Source: Centroscyllium fabricii | Taxonomy: Eukaryota | NCBI GenBank assembly: GCA_051313645.2 | Contig: JBNRSN020000038.1 | Location: forward strand, 1,984,001-2,048,000 | Direction: 5' to 3' | DNA: 64,000 nucleotides | Shown here: positions 26,601 through 37,520 of the stretch, piece after piece | Numbering within the stretch: the first letter of the stretch is position 1 | Layout of the letters: each line of letters begins with the position of its first letter | Notes under the pieces: model-generated | Told to the model about the DNA's origin: nothing | What the model saw: only the letters and a program-made list of their open reading frames with translations | The model's database searches: none | Made by a program: the position numbers and the translations under genes

Positions 26601-26630
26601 TCCATCTGGGTCCCCAATGATTCTGAAGCT
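23621..26630 (-). mobile_element. Young CR1 LINE with near-complete ORF2 (APE endonuclease plus RT)
   Basis: YFNARSL, ITETWL, GDFN, SDHN, KSPGPD, FADD; single frameshift at an 11-nt G run (26215-26225); (TTCTATGA)n tail at 23621-23646. Confidence 0.95.
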
Positions 26631-27440
26631 CTAACAGATGGACTTATGATCATCTGCAATGTGCATGTAACCTTGGCATCACATCTCTGACTCTTTCCTT
26701 TACTGCCCCCACAGGACCATCACAAACACCCATCCCCACTAGCCAAGAGGAAGAGTCTGAGCATCTAGACTCCTCCGAGAAAGCTGCAACCTCTGAGGGC
26801 ACAGTGTCAGCAGAATTAAGTGCACCCTGCACCAGCGCAGACACACTCAACTCGGTGGGACCTTCGGGACATAGAGTAGTGTTGTCACCTGGTGTATCAC
26901 AGCTCACAAGGGAGCATCAGCAGATGGTGGAGACAGGGACAGCAGTGGAGAGTCCTAGTCGGAGGGCACAGGACTCGCCTCGCTCAGCTCAGTTGCATGT
27001 CGACCCTCTGCCTCTGGGTCCATCCACAAGATCAGCGGTGCTGGAACTCCAGGAACAGATGCAGGAGTCTCTGGCAGGTTTTGTCTCCAAGGTTGCTGCG
27101 AGTGTGGAGCGAATGGAGGAGTCCATCGCGAACATGAGCAGAGCCTTTGTGGAGTCATTGGCGCATGAACGCGTCACCATGTAAAGGATGGCAACCTCCA
27201 TGGAGGTGATAAGTCGCCAGAGTGCAGAAAACATGGTGAGTGTTCAGAATAGAATGACATCTCGTGAGGAGCGATGGGCATCTATTGAGCAGAGAAACCA
27301 GGCCTTCATGGAAGTCCTTCTGAGTAGGACTGCCAATGCAGATATGGGTCCTCATGGCCCCCCTGATGTGCAGCAAGGTGCTCTCAAGCCACTTGCAAGT
27401 GCTGAGGGGGACCTGACCCATGAGAGGGAAGTTGGTGGCA

Positions 27441-28256
27441 GACATCAAGGGTGGATAAATGCAAGGTTATCCACTGGTGTCAAAAACAGGAAGGCAGATT
27501 ATTATCTGAACGGCAACAGATTGGGAGAAGGGGAAGTGCAACGAGACCTGGGTGTCCTTGTGCACCAGTCGCTGAAGGTAAGCATGCAGGTGCAGCAGGC
27601 GGTTAAGAAGGCAAATGGTGTGTTGGCCTTCGTAGCAAGAGGGTTTGAGTACAGGAACAAGGATGTCTTGCTGCAGTTGTACAGGGCCTTGGTGAGACCA
27701 CATCTGGAGTATTGTGTGCAGTTTTGGTTGCCTTATCTGAGGAAGGATGTTCTTGCCATGGCGGGAGTGCAACGAAGATTCACCAGGCTGATACCTGGGA
27801 TGGCAGGAATGACATATGAGGAGAGATTGGGTCGATTGGGCTTATACTCGCTGGAGTTTAGAAGAATGAGAGGGGATTTCATTGAAACTTATAAAATTCT
27901 AACTGGACTGGACAGACTAGATGCAGGAAGGATGTTCCCGATGGTAGGGCAGTCTAGAACCAGGGGTCACAGTCTAAGGGTAAGGGGTAAGCCAATTAGG
28001 ACAGAGATGAGGAGGAATTTCTTCACCCAGAGAGTGGTGAACCTGTGGAATTCTCTACCACAGAAGGCTGTAGAGGCCAATTCATTAAATATATTCAAGA
28101 AGGAGTTCAATATATTTCTTAAGGCTAAAGGGATATGGGGAGAAGGCAGGGACAGGGTACTGAATTTGGATGATCAGCCATAATCTCATTGAATGGTGGA
28201 GCAGGCTCGAGGGGCAGCATGGCCTATTTCTGCTCCTATCTTCTATGTTTCTATGT
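27441..28256 (+). mobile_element. CR1 LINE 3' fragment nested in the Harbinger Myb gene
   Basis: QRDLGVLV, RPHLEYCVQFW, 3' UTR and TTCTATGT tail. Confidence 0.9.
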
Positions 28257-28779
28257 AAGTGGGGACTCCTCTCCAAGCACTCACACCTCCATGCCACTGC
28301 AGATCCCTCGGTCCGAACCCCACCAGAGCCCACACCCAACTGAGATTGGCGTCTCAACTCCTGCACAGGAGCAGCAGACTGTTGGCGAGCCCTTCACAGG
28401 TTCGCAACCCCAGAGGACGCCCGCCAAAGGTGTCGAGACAGGAGCAGCAAGAAACTGAGTAAGGGGCCTCCACATCTGCTGACGCCACAGGGGCCACGTA
28501 GGAGCACGCGTAAGAGAAAGATACTGCACAAATAGCCACAAGGGTAGTCACTTTGATGTTTTATATTAAAAAGCCATCAAATGATTACTGTAAATACAAA
28601 ATCTGATGGCTAATGCTGTAGTTCTGGTGTGTGTCATTTTGCGATTGGGACTTCCTCATTGAGGGCTTAGGATTACTTGCAATTGTCAGTATGGTGGTCA
28701 AATTACAAGGAATCCGCTGGTTCTTAGCCATTGTCGATGCTTAGGTAAGAAGCTGCGAGGCAAAAGTGCTTGATTGGCT

Positions 28780-29840
28780 AGGCTAAGCAAATCTGGCCAA
28801 GATGAGTGCATTCCTTGCATCCTGGGCAGCAATGTTCTCGTGTACTGCAGCCACTGGTTGATGGGCCTCTGCAAGATGTTTGTTTTCGCTCTCCTCCGCC
28901 ACCGCTGCCGGGCTTCACCTGATCTATCCAAGCATCTGAAGGGAATCTTCAGCAAACCGATGATTTGCTCAATTATGGCTCTGGTGGACATGTGGCTGCA
29001 GTTGTAGCTCTCCTCAGCTTCGTTGGATGGGCTCCTCAACGGCATCATTAGCCACGTCTTCATGGGATAGCCCTTGTCTCCAAGTAGCCATCCGTTAAGT
29101 TGGTCTGATGGACTGAATAGCGGAGGCACACTAGACTGGCGCAGTATGAAGGAGTCATGGCAACTGCCAGGGTACTTGGTACAAACATGCAAAATTTTCT
29201 TTTTGTGGTTCCACACCAGCTGAACGATAAGCGAGTGGAAGCCCCTGTCGTTGACAAAAATACCTGGATTGCGATGGGATGCCTTAAGGGCCACGTGTGC
29301 AGTCAACGATGCCCTGCACCCTTGGAAAGCTTGCCAGATTAGCTAATCCAGCCGCACACGCCGTGACACTTGCTTGATCCTTGGTGAAATGGATGTGATT
29401 GTGCACGAGGGCATCGGTTACCTGCGTGATGCAAGTGTGTGCGGCTTCCTGGGAGATGCCGCTGATGTCTGCTACTGATCCCCGGAATGAGCCTGAGGCA
29501 AAATAGTTGAGTGCGGTGGTGACTTTGATGGCCACTGGTAAGGGTTATCCACCTGGTCCTCTGGTCTGCAGGTCTTGTTGCAGCATTGCGCAGATGTCAC
29601 CAACTACCTCTCGCCAAAGTCGGAGCTGCCTTTGGCACTGCTGCTCAGACATGTTGAGGTAGCTGACGCTGTGTCTGTAGACCCTGTTTGGGGGTTATCT
29701 CCTGCACCAACAGGCTTCCATGCGCTGGCCCCTTCTGGCCTGTGCAGCTTCAGGTGGGTGAGCAGCAACTTGGCGCTCCTGTTGGTGCTGCTGCTGTTCC
29801 TGGTTCTGCTGCTGCCATGGCTGGTCTTCATCCTCATCTA
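28780..29840 (-). pseudogene. Harbinger (HARBI1-like) DDE transposase
   Basis: [55 protein letters not shown]; frameshifted. Confidence 0.9.
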
Positions 29841-30879
29841 ATGTCCAGGAGAAAAGGAAATAATTCCCATAGTTCCCATGCTTCTGGTATATGCCTCAGT
29901 TGAGGAAGCGCTCAGTGAAGGTGGCGAGAGGGGTTTCCCAGGCAGTCACACTGGAGATGGGTGTCAGGCTCCAAACTTCCACAGCTGTGGTTATGCCTGC
30001 TAAAAGTTCCCCAGACCTGAGAAAACAAAGTCCTGCCACCTGCAAATGATGGCTGATCAAATCTCCTATTTAAAAGTTGAGCTGCAGCTAATAGACAGCA
30101 ATCCAATTGTGCTCCCGCCAGGTTTCACCGTCGTGTTTCAGAACAGGCGTGCTTCACGTGGGAAAAGGGTTAACATCACCAAGACCTATCAAAATGGCAT
30201 TATAGAGGCAATTTAGTGCTGGTTAAGGACCTTAACGGCCTATCCCACCTCTTGGAGGCAGGACGGTGACGGGACCAGTCGACACGATTTAATGAAAATT
30301 GCTTGGAGGCGAGGTTGGGCCCGTCCGCCAGTTTTTGCAATTTTAATCCCCCACACGCCTCCAATCACACCTCAATGGCCTGGTGAAATTCGAGCCCATG
30401 GTGTTTGTAAATCTTTTTGCTTTTGTATTTCTGAAGCGTGTAAAATATTAGGCCACTTTGAAACTTAGCAGCAATGACAATCTGGTTCTGTGCGATTTAT
30501 CAGTTACTGCTGTACCCTGTATAATTGACAGCTTAGTAAATTACAATTTGGAAGCAACTATACTTGCACTGCAAGTGCTGATGGAGCTCATGATTGGTAT
30601 AAATTTTAAAACAAAGCATAGTGTTACGGAGGTGACTGCCTCATTATTTTGTCTGTTGTGCAGTCACAGTCACCAATTCTGAAAGTTGTAGCATCTAAAG
30701 CCTTTTTCCCCCAGAGTCTTAATTAAACTGGCTGATTTTTGCCTATTTCTTGCCAGTTTTCTCTAAGGGGGAAATGTGAGAGCCAATTTTAATCTCTCCG
30801 ATTTTAACAGTATGATATTTTGTCATTGAAAGTTGCTGCATATTTAATGTATTACAAGGGCACTTCTACTTGTGCAGTA

Positions 30880-31622
30880 CAGGTTGAAGTTCGTTAATCC
30901 GGCAGGGTCAGGACCAGGCCCGTGCCGGAATACTGAAAAACCCGAATGAATGAAGCTGCCCCGAGCGCATGCGCGGACCATTCAAAATGGCCACGCGCAT
31001 GCGCAGAACATTCGAAATGCTTGCAGCACGCGCAGACCAGTGCAGGTGGCCGCAGCGCGCAGGTGGAGGCAGAGCACGGGGTGATTTCCGGGTGGAGCAG
31101 TACAACTCCCCACAGCTCGCGGGTGGAACAGATCACACAGTACAGGGGCGATTTCCAGGTGGAGCAGTCCAACTGCCTGCAGTGCGCGGGTGCAACAGAT
31201 CACACAGTACAGGGGCGATTTCCAGGTGGAACAGTCCAACTGCCTGCAGCGCGTGAAACTAGCACTACAGCACAGTCCAACCGTCGGGACACACCCCAGA
31301 AGTTCGGGTGCGGCTGAAGCCATGCCTCCGGGACACGCCCCGGAAGTTCGGGTGCGGCTGAAGCCACGCCGTCGGGACCAGTGTGCATTCGGGAAAGGCC
31401 CCGGGAGGGAGCCCGGTCCAACAGTTCACTGGGCCCGAGCTTCACGTCAGGTACGGGGTTTTTTGTAAAGCGTCGAAGAGCGCCGCTGCGCATGCGCAGG
31501 CCAGTCGGGGATTGCGGATGGTGAGGAGCACCTCTGCGCAGGCGCCGACCACTCGAGGAAATCTGTGCCGGACGTCTGAAGCTGCCAGTTTTTCGGGTGC
31601 CGGATTAACGAACTTCAACCTG
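30880..31622. mobile_element. Tigger/pogo-like MITE, copy 9 (distinct TIR subfamily, internal tandem repeats)
   Basis: Perfect TIR CAGGTTGAAGTTCGTTAATCCGGCA, TA TSD. Confidence 0.9.
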
Positions 31623-31818
31623 TACCATGTTTCTCTTGCATTGTGCAAGGACAACTGACAGCTCCAGCAAAGTATTGCCCTCAGATTACATTTGACCAAA
31701 AGTTGCTTTATATACTGAGCATCTAAGGCATTGTCGAGTTGGACTAGACATGTAAGGTAAAGCATTTACACTATAAATTGTCTACAGTTTTACTTATTTT
31801 CACTGTCTTCTCTTTCAG

Positions 31819-31884
31819 CTCAACAAATGGGCCCAGTACAGGCATCTTGCATTTTAAGCCTCAACTGCTGGATTTTGGTATACA
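31819..31884 (+). CDS. TMEM131L: TMEM131-like (KIAA0922) internal coding exon
   Basis: Polypyrimidine tract tcttctctttcAG acceptor and GTAAGT donor; 66 nt encoding STNGPSTGILHFKPQLLDFGIQ, resembling TMEM131L LHFxPxxLDFGIQ; phase compatible with the next exon. Confidence 0.88.
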
Positions 31885-32061
31885 GTAAGTGCCTTTATTA
31901 ATAATCACACTGCCTCCAATACTATAGGTCAGGAGAAGTAGAGTTGATGCTGTCTGCAGTGTCTTCAGGTGAAATATAGTTGGAGTAAGAAAGCTGATCT
32001 AAAAAGAGTGGTTTTAGATGGATTCTGCAGTGTGGGAGTTCTAAATGATGCATGTTGCAAT

Positions 32062-32185
32062 CAATGTTCCCTCTAAGCTCTCTGCCAGTCCCGCACAGCC
32101 CAGGATTGGCTCTTCCAATGAAGTTTTGCGCATGCACAAAACTGTGAATGGACTGCACACCCCCAAAAAATTAGGGGGAACATTG
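32062..32185. mobile_element. Small hAT MITE
   Basis: TIR CAATGTTCCC(T/C)CTAA; 8-bp TSD G(T/C)TGCAAT. Confidence 0.85.
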
Positions 32186-32299
32186 GCTGCAATCATGGTT
32201 TACTTTATCCATGTATTTCTTGGCGAAATCCCAGATTTTAAATTATATCATTGTTGCCTTTTATATTATGGCACCCTTTTAAGGGGTTCCAGAACAGAG

Positions 32300-32720
32300 A
32301 AAGACTTGGATTTATACAGCACAGCGCCTTTCACAATCTCATGACGTCCCAAAGTGCTTTACAGCCAATGAAGTACTTTTGAAATGTAGTCACTGTTTGT
32401 AATGTAGAAAACATGGCATTTGCACACAGCAATGTGATAATGATCAGATAATCTTTTGTTGATGTTGATTGAGGGATACATATTGGCCACGACACCAGGG
32501 ATAACTCTCCTGCTCTTTGAAATAGCGCCATAGGATCTTTTACGTCGACCTGAGAGCAGACGGGGCCTCGGTTTAACGTCTCATCCAAAAGACCGCACTC
32601 CCTCAGTACTGCACTGGACTGTCTGTCTAGATTTTTGTGCTCCAGTTTCCGGAGTGGGACTTGAACCCACAACCTTCTGACTTGGAGGCGAGTGTGCTAC
32701 CAACTGAGCCACAGCTGACA
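32300..32720 (-). mobile_element. tRNA-derived Deu-domain SINE (SacSINE1-like)
   Basis: Minus strand A-box TGGCTCAGTTGG and B-box GGTTCAAGTCC; Deu-like core; tail GTAAAGCACTTTGGGACG. Confidence 0.8.
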
Positions 32721-33191
32721 TTGCCTGTAAAAAGTTGGCTTGCAACAATCTGGGAAAAAAGCTTCTCTCTCTTTCTGTAGCATTTATGTTGCTGTAGGAA
32801 GTGTTCCTGCCACTGGAAACGTGCCCCTTTAGGTTGGGTCTTGGAGCCTCTTTGCCTTATTTACTTTACACTGCTACTGTAGCTGGGGCTACTGGCAGTG
32901 TAGTGAAGGGGATTCATTTCATATTGAGAAATGTTTTGGTTGGGGGCAGGGGGTGGAAATACCTATCTAGTAGTCATGAGAAAATCAGCCTCAGTTTAAG
33001 TTTCGATTCTTGGGTTTTATATAATTTTTATAATGTGTTAAATACCATTAACTCTAAGGCTTAGAGTTACAGATATAAATTCAAGATGAATAAATTCCTC
33101 AAGATTTAAAACCTCTCTGAATTTTTTTGCTAAAGTATTCACTAAGGAATTCATAGAAAATGTTTGATTTGTCTAAAACAGTTATGATTCC

Positions 33192-36100
33192 TGTGGTGAA
33201 CCACTGTTTGTACATAGTTGCCTCTTGCTTGTGTTTATGCATGCCTGAAGCTGACTCCGCCCCCAGCCTACCTGATATAGGCCCAGACTCTGGGAGCTTG
33301 GCCCACTACAAGGAGTTGCCAGTCAGCCTAAGGATGTTCCAGGGTTCTTAGTGAATAAAAGCCTCAGTTGTATTCTCAACTTCGTCTCGAGTATAATTGA
33401 TCGTGCATCAATTTTATTCACTAAAAGTTTCGAGATGGAAGAACTCCTGATGCCATCCACCCTGGAACTCGACCCGAGCGCACCTGAGGCGCCAAGCGGC
33501 TTCTCCCACTGGCTAACTTGTTTCGAGTGATTCCTGACGGCCTCCGCCAACACTGTCCAGACGGACGCCCACAAACTCTCGCTCCTGCAGTCTCGGGTCC
33601 ATCACTGAGTGTTCCAACTCATCAAGGGAGTGACCTCCTACGCATCTGCGATGGCCCTCCTCGCGGAACAGTACGAGCGCCCGACCAACACGGTTTTCGC
33701 CAGGCACCTCCTGCTGACCCACAAACAACGGCCCGGTGAGAGTTTCGCTAGTTTTGTGCGGGCACTGACAGAGCTCAGCAGAGCCTGCAACTGCGAAACG
33801 GCCTCGGCAGATGAGCACAGGGAGCTGCTGGTCTGGGACGCCATTGTCGCGGGCGTACAATCTGATTACACCCGGAAGAGACTGCTGGAACTGAGCAAAC
33901 TGTCCCTGAAGAAGGCCACAGACATCGGACTCTCACTCGAGGGGGCCCATACTCCGATGGGCCCCCTCGAGGGTCCTAGGCCCAACCATCTTCAGCTGTT
34001 TCATCAATGACCTTCCCTCCATCATAAGGTCAGAAGTGGGGATGTTCGCTGATGATTGCACACTGTTCAGCACCATTCGAGACTCGTCAGATACTGACGC
34101 AGTCCGTGTCCATATGCAGCAAGACCCGGACAACATTCAGACTTGGGCTGACAAGTGGCAAGTAACATTCGCACCACACAAGTGCCAGGCAATGACCATC
34201 TCCAACAAGCGAGACTCTAACCATCTCCCCTTGACATTCAATGGCATTATCATCGCTGAATCCCCCACTATCAACATCCTGGGGGTTACCATTGATCGGA
34301 AACTGAACTGGACCAGCCATATAAATACTGTGGCTACAAGAGTAGGCCAGAGGCTGGGAATTCTGCGGCGAGTGTCTCACCTCCTGACTCCCCAAAGTCT
34401 TTCCACCATCTACAAGGCACAAGTCAGGAGTGTAATGGAATACTCTCCACTTGCCTGGATGAGTGCAGCTCCAACAACACTCAAGAAGCTCGACACCATT
34501 CAGGATAAAGGAGGCCGCTTGATTGGCACGCCATCCATCACCTTCAACATTCACTCCCTCCACCACCGGCGCACTGTGGCTGCAGTGTGTACCATCTACA
34601 AGATGCACTGCAGCAACTCGCCAAAGCTCCTTCAACAGCACCTTCCAAACCCGCGACCTCTACCACTAGAAGGACAAGGGCAGCAGACGCATGGGAACAG
34701 CACCACCTACAAGTTCCCCTCCAAGCCACACACCATCCTGACTTGGACCTGTATCGCCGCTCCTTCACTGTTGCTGGGCCAAAATCCTGGAACTCCCTTC
34801 CTAACAACATTGTGGGTGTACCTACACCATACGGACTGCAGCGGTTCAAGAAGGCGGCTCACCACCATCTTCTCAAGGGCAATTAGGGATGGGCACTAAA
34901 TGCAGGCCTAGCCAGCCAGCGACGCCCACATCCCATCAATGAATAATATATATTTTTTTAAATGGAGGCGTACGCACCCAGCCACATGGCCGCCCCGTGG
35001 ACCTTGCGGGAGCCGCCAGCTTGGAACACGCTAGGCCCGACTCCCTACGCCGCGCCACCCTCGCCTCGCCTCACCCCGCGAACGGCCTGACCACTGCGGC
35101 AGTGTCCCGGAGCCAGAAGTGCTATTTCTGTGGCCAAGCAAAGCACTCCAGACAGTGCTGTCCGGCGAAGGACGCTATGTGCACGAGTTGCCAGAAGAAG
35201 GGACACTACGCGAGCGTCTGCAAGCCGTCCCCCAGGCCCAGCAGCGCCGCGTGCGAACTGACCTCGCGGCCATCTTGGACACCCTCCCCACCATGTGCGA
35301 CTCGTGGGCGCCGCCATCTTGTCCGGCGGACCGACCTGGCTCCCCTGCTAGCTGCGATGCGCCACCACTCTCGGTACTGGCCTCCATTACCTTGAACCAG
35401 TACCAGCCCCACCACCTCACGAAGTCCATGATGGATATTAAGGTAAACGGCTGCGCCATGAACTGCCTGTTTGACTCAGGCAGCACGGCAAGTTTTATCC
35501 ACCCCGACACGGTGTTCCGCCACTCGCTCTCCACTCGGCCCATGCACCAGCGCATCTCCCTCGCTTCCAAATCCCAGACCGCGGATGTCAGCGGCTACTG
35601 CGTGGTAACCCTGTCGGTGAAAGGCGCAGTGTACAAGGATTTCAAACTCCAAGTCCTGCCCAATCTCTGCGCTGCCGTCCTCCTGTGGTTAGACTTCCAA
35701 ACCCACCTTAACAGCATTACGATGGCGTACGGGGCCCCCCCCCACTGTCTGCAGCCAGCAGCCCTTAAACCGCGCACTGTCTGCAGCCTCTCGACTCTGA
35801 AGGTCTCTCCTCCCCCACTGCTCGCTAACCTCACCTCAGACTGTTAACCCATAGCCACTAAGAGCAGGAGATACAGTGCTGGGGACAGGGCTTTCATCAA
35901 GTCCGAGGTACAGCGGCTCCTGAAGGAGGGGGTGATTGAGGCTAGCACCAGCCCCTGGAGGGCCCAGGTAGTCGTCGTTAAGACCGGTGAAAAGCACCGA
36001 TTGGTCATCGACTACAGCCAGACCATCAACCGCTTTACGCAGTTGGACGCGTACCCCCTTCCCCGCATATCTGACGTGGTCAATCAGATTGCGCAGTATA

Positions 36101-37520
36101 AGGTGTTCTCCACCATTGACCTGAAATCAGCATATCACCAACTCCCCATCTGCCCCACGGACCGCCGATATACTGTCTTTGAGGCTAACGGCCGCCTCTA
36201 CCACTTTCTCAGGGTTCCCTTCGGGGTCACCAATGGTGTCTCGGTTTTCCAATGGAAGATGGACCGTATGGTTGACCGGCACGGGCTGCTGACCACGTTC
36301 CCGTACCTAGACAACGTCCCCATCTCCGGCCATGACCTGCAGGACCATGACGCCAATCTTGAAAAATTCCTTCGCACGGCCCAACTCCTCAACATCACCT
36401 ATAACAAGGAGAAATGCATGTTCCGCACAACCCGCCTTGCTATTCTTGGCTGTGTCGTGGAAAACGGGGTCATCGGCCCCGACCCAGACCACATGCGCCC
36501 CCTCATGGAACTCCCCCTCCCCCATTGCCAAAAGGCCCTGAGAAGATGCCTGGGCTTCTTTTCCTACTACGCCCAGTGGGTCCCTAACTTTGTGGACAAG
36601 GCCTGCCCGCTCCTTAAGTCTACCTCCTTCCCCCTAACGACAGAGGCCCATCTGGCCTTCAGCCGCATCAAAGGGGACATCGCTAAGCCCACCATGGACG
36701 CGGTGGACGAATCCGCCCCGTTTCAGGTGGAGAGCAATGCGTCCGACTTTGCCCTGGCCGCCACCCTTAACCATGCGGGCAGACCCGTGGCCGCCTTCTC
36801 ACGAACCCGCCAAGGCCCCGAGACTAGATACTCCTCTGTCGAGAAGGAGGCCCAGGCCATAGTGGAAGCTGTGCGCCACTGGAGGCATTACCTGGCCGGT
36901 CAACGGTTTACCCTGCTCACCGACCAGCGCTCAATTGCTTTTATGTTTAGCAACAAGCAGCGGGGTAAAATCAAAAACGACAAGATATTGAGGTGGAGAA
37001 TTGAACTCTCCACCTACAACTACGACATCTTGTATTGGCCCGGGAGGTTCAGCAAGCCCCCAGACGTGCTATCCCGGGGAGAATGCGCCAGCGCGCAGGT
37101 GGATCGACTGTAGTCCCTCCACAATGACCTCTGCCCCAAGGGCCCGACCGCCGACTGCCCCCGTATGGACGAAGACATGGGACCTGCACCGCAGCCGGAG
37201 CTACGATGATCGCAGAGGCGTACCAGACCTCCTGAAAGACTCATGTACACTTGACCTTGTCTCACTTCACCCCGCTGGACTCATTTCTAAAGAAGGGGTG
37301 AATATGTTTGTACATAGTTGCCCCTTGCCTGTGTGTCTACATGCCTGGGCATGCCTGAAGCTGACTCCACCCCCAGCCTACCTGATATGGGCCCAGACTC
37401 TGGGAGCCTGGCCCACTACAAGGAGTTGCCAGTCAGCCTAAGGATGTTCCAGGGTGCTTAGTGAATAAAAGCCTCAGTTGTATTCTCAACTTCGTCACGA
37501 GTATAATTGATCGTGCATCA
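33192..37520 (+). mobile_element. Gypsy LTR retrotransposon 1 (degenerate, integrase deleted)
   Basis: LTRs 33192-33410 and ~37303-37520, 5-bp TSD ATTCC; gag from 33435 with two Zn knuckles; protease LFDSGS; RT/RNase H 35932-37113; PPT agaaggggtgaa. Confidence 0.92.
33972..34960 (+). mobile_element. LINE family B (CR1/L2-group RT) 3' fragment nested in gag
   Basis: FADDCT, WADKWQVTFAP, KAQVRSVMEYS; 3' end gcaattagggatgggc. Confidence 0.85.

Larger units (their letters stand above)
22816..28540 (+). pseudogene. Harbinger Myb/SANT-like DNA-binding gene (spliced, disrupted)
   Basis: Exon 1 MASQ..HKEVLFP..VAEEINS...RTWIQCRKRFHDL then GTGAG; exon 2 near 23409 (RARTGGG); exon 3 from ~26715; stops and CR1 insertions. 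Confidence 0.78.
22537..30397. mobile_element. Decayed autonomous PIF/Harbinger transposon with two nested CR1 insertions
   Basis: Imperfect TIR GGGCTGGATTTTGAC / GTGAAATTCGAGCCC; convergent Myb/SANT and DDE transposase genes; TSD not cleanly preserved. Confidence 0.85.

Noticed and set aside
27188-28183. 331-aa ORF as a novel fusion gene
   Set aside because: Chance in-frame junction between a Harbinger Myb remnant and a CR1 RT fragment, downstream of a stop
28780-29840. Domesticated host HARBI1 gene
   Set aside because: Frameshifted and truncated, and lies within TIRs with a Myb partner: a transposon relic
1-31818. Additional upstream TMEM131L exons
   Set aside because: No convincing exon recognised by eye; a short diverged exon could have been missed
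32640-32720. tRNA gene (also at 54757-54845)
   Set aside because: The A/B boxes are heads of SINEs continuing into SINE bodies; no convincing cloverleaf
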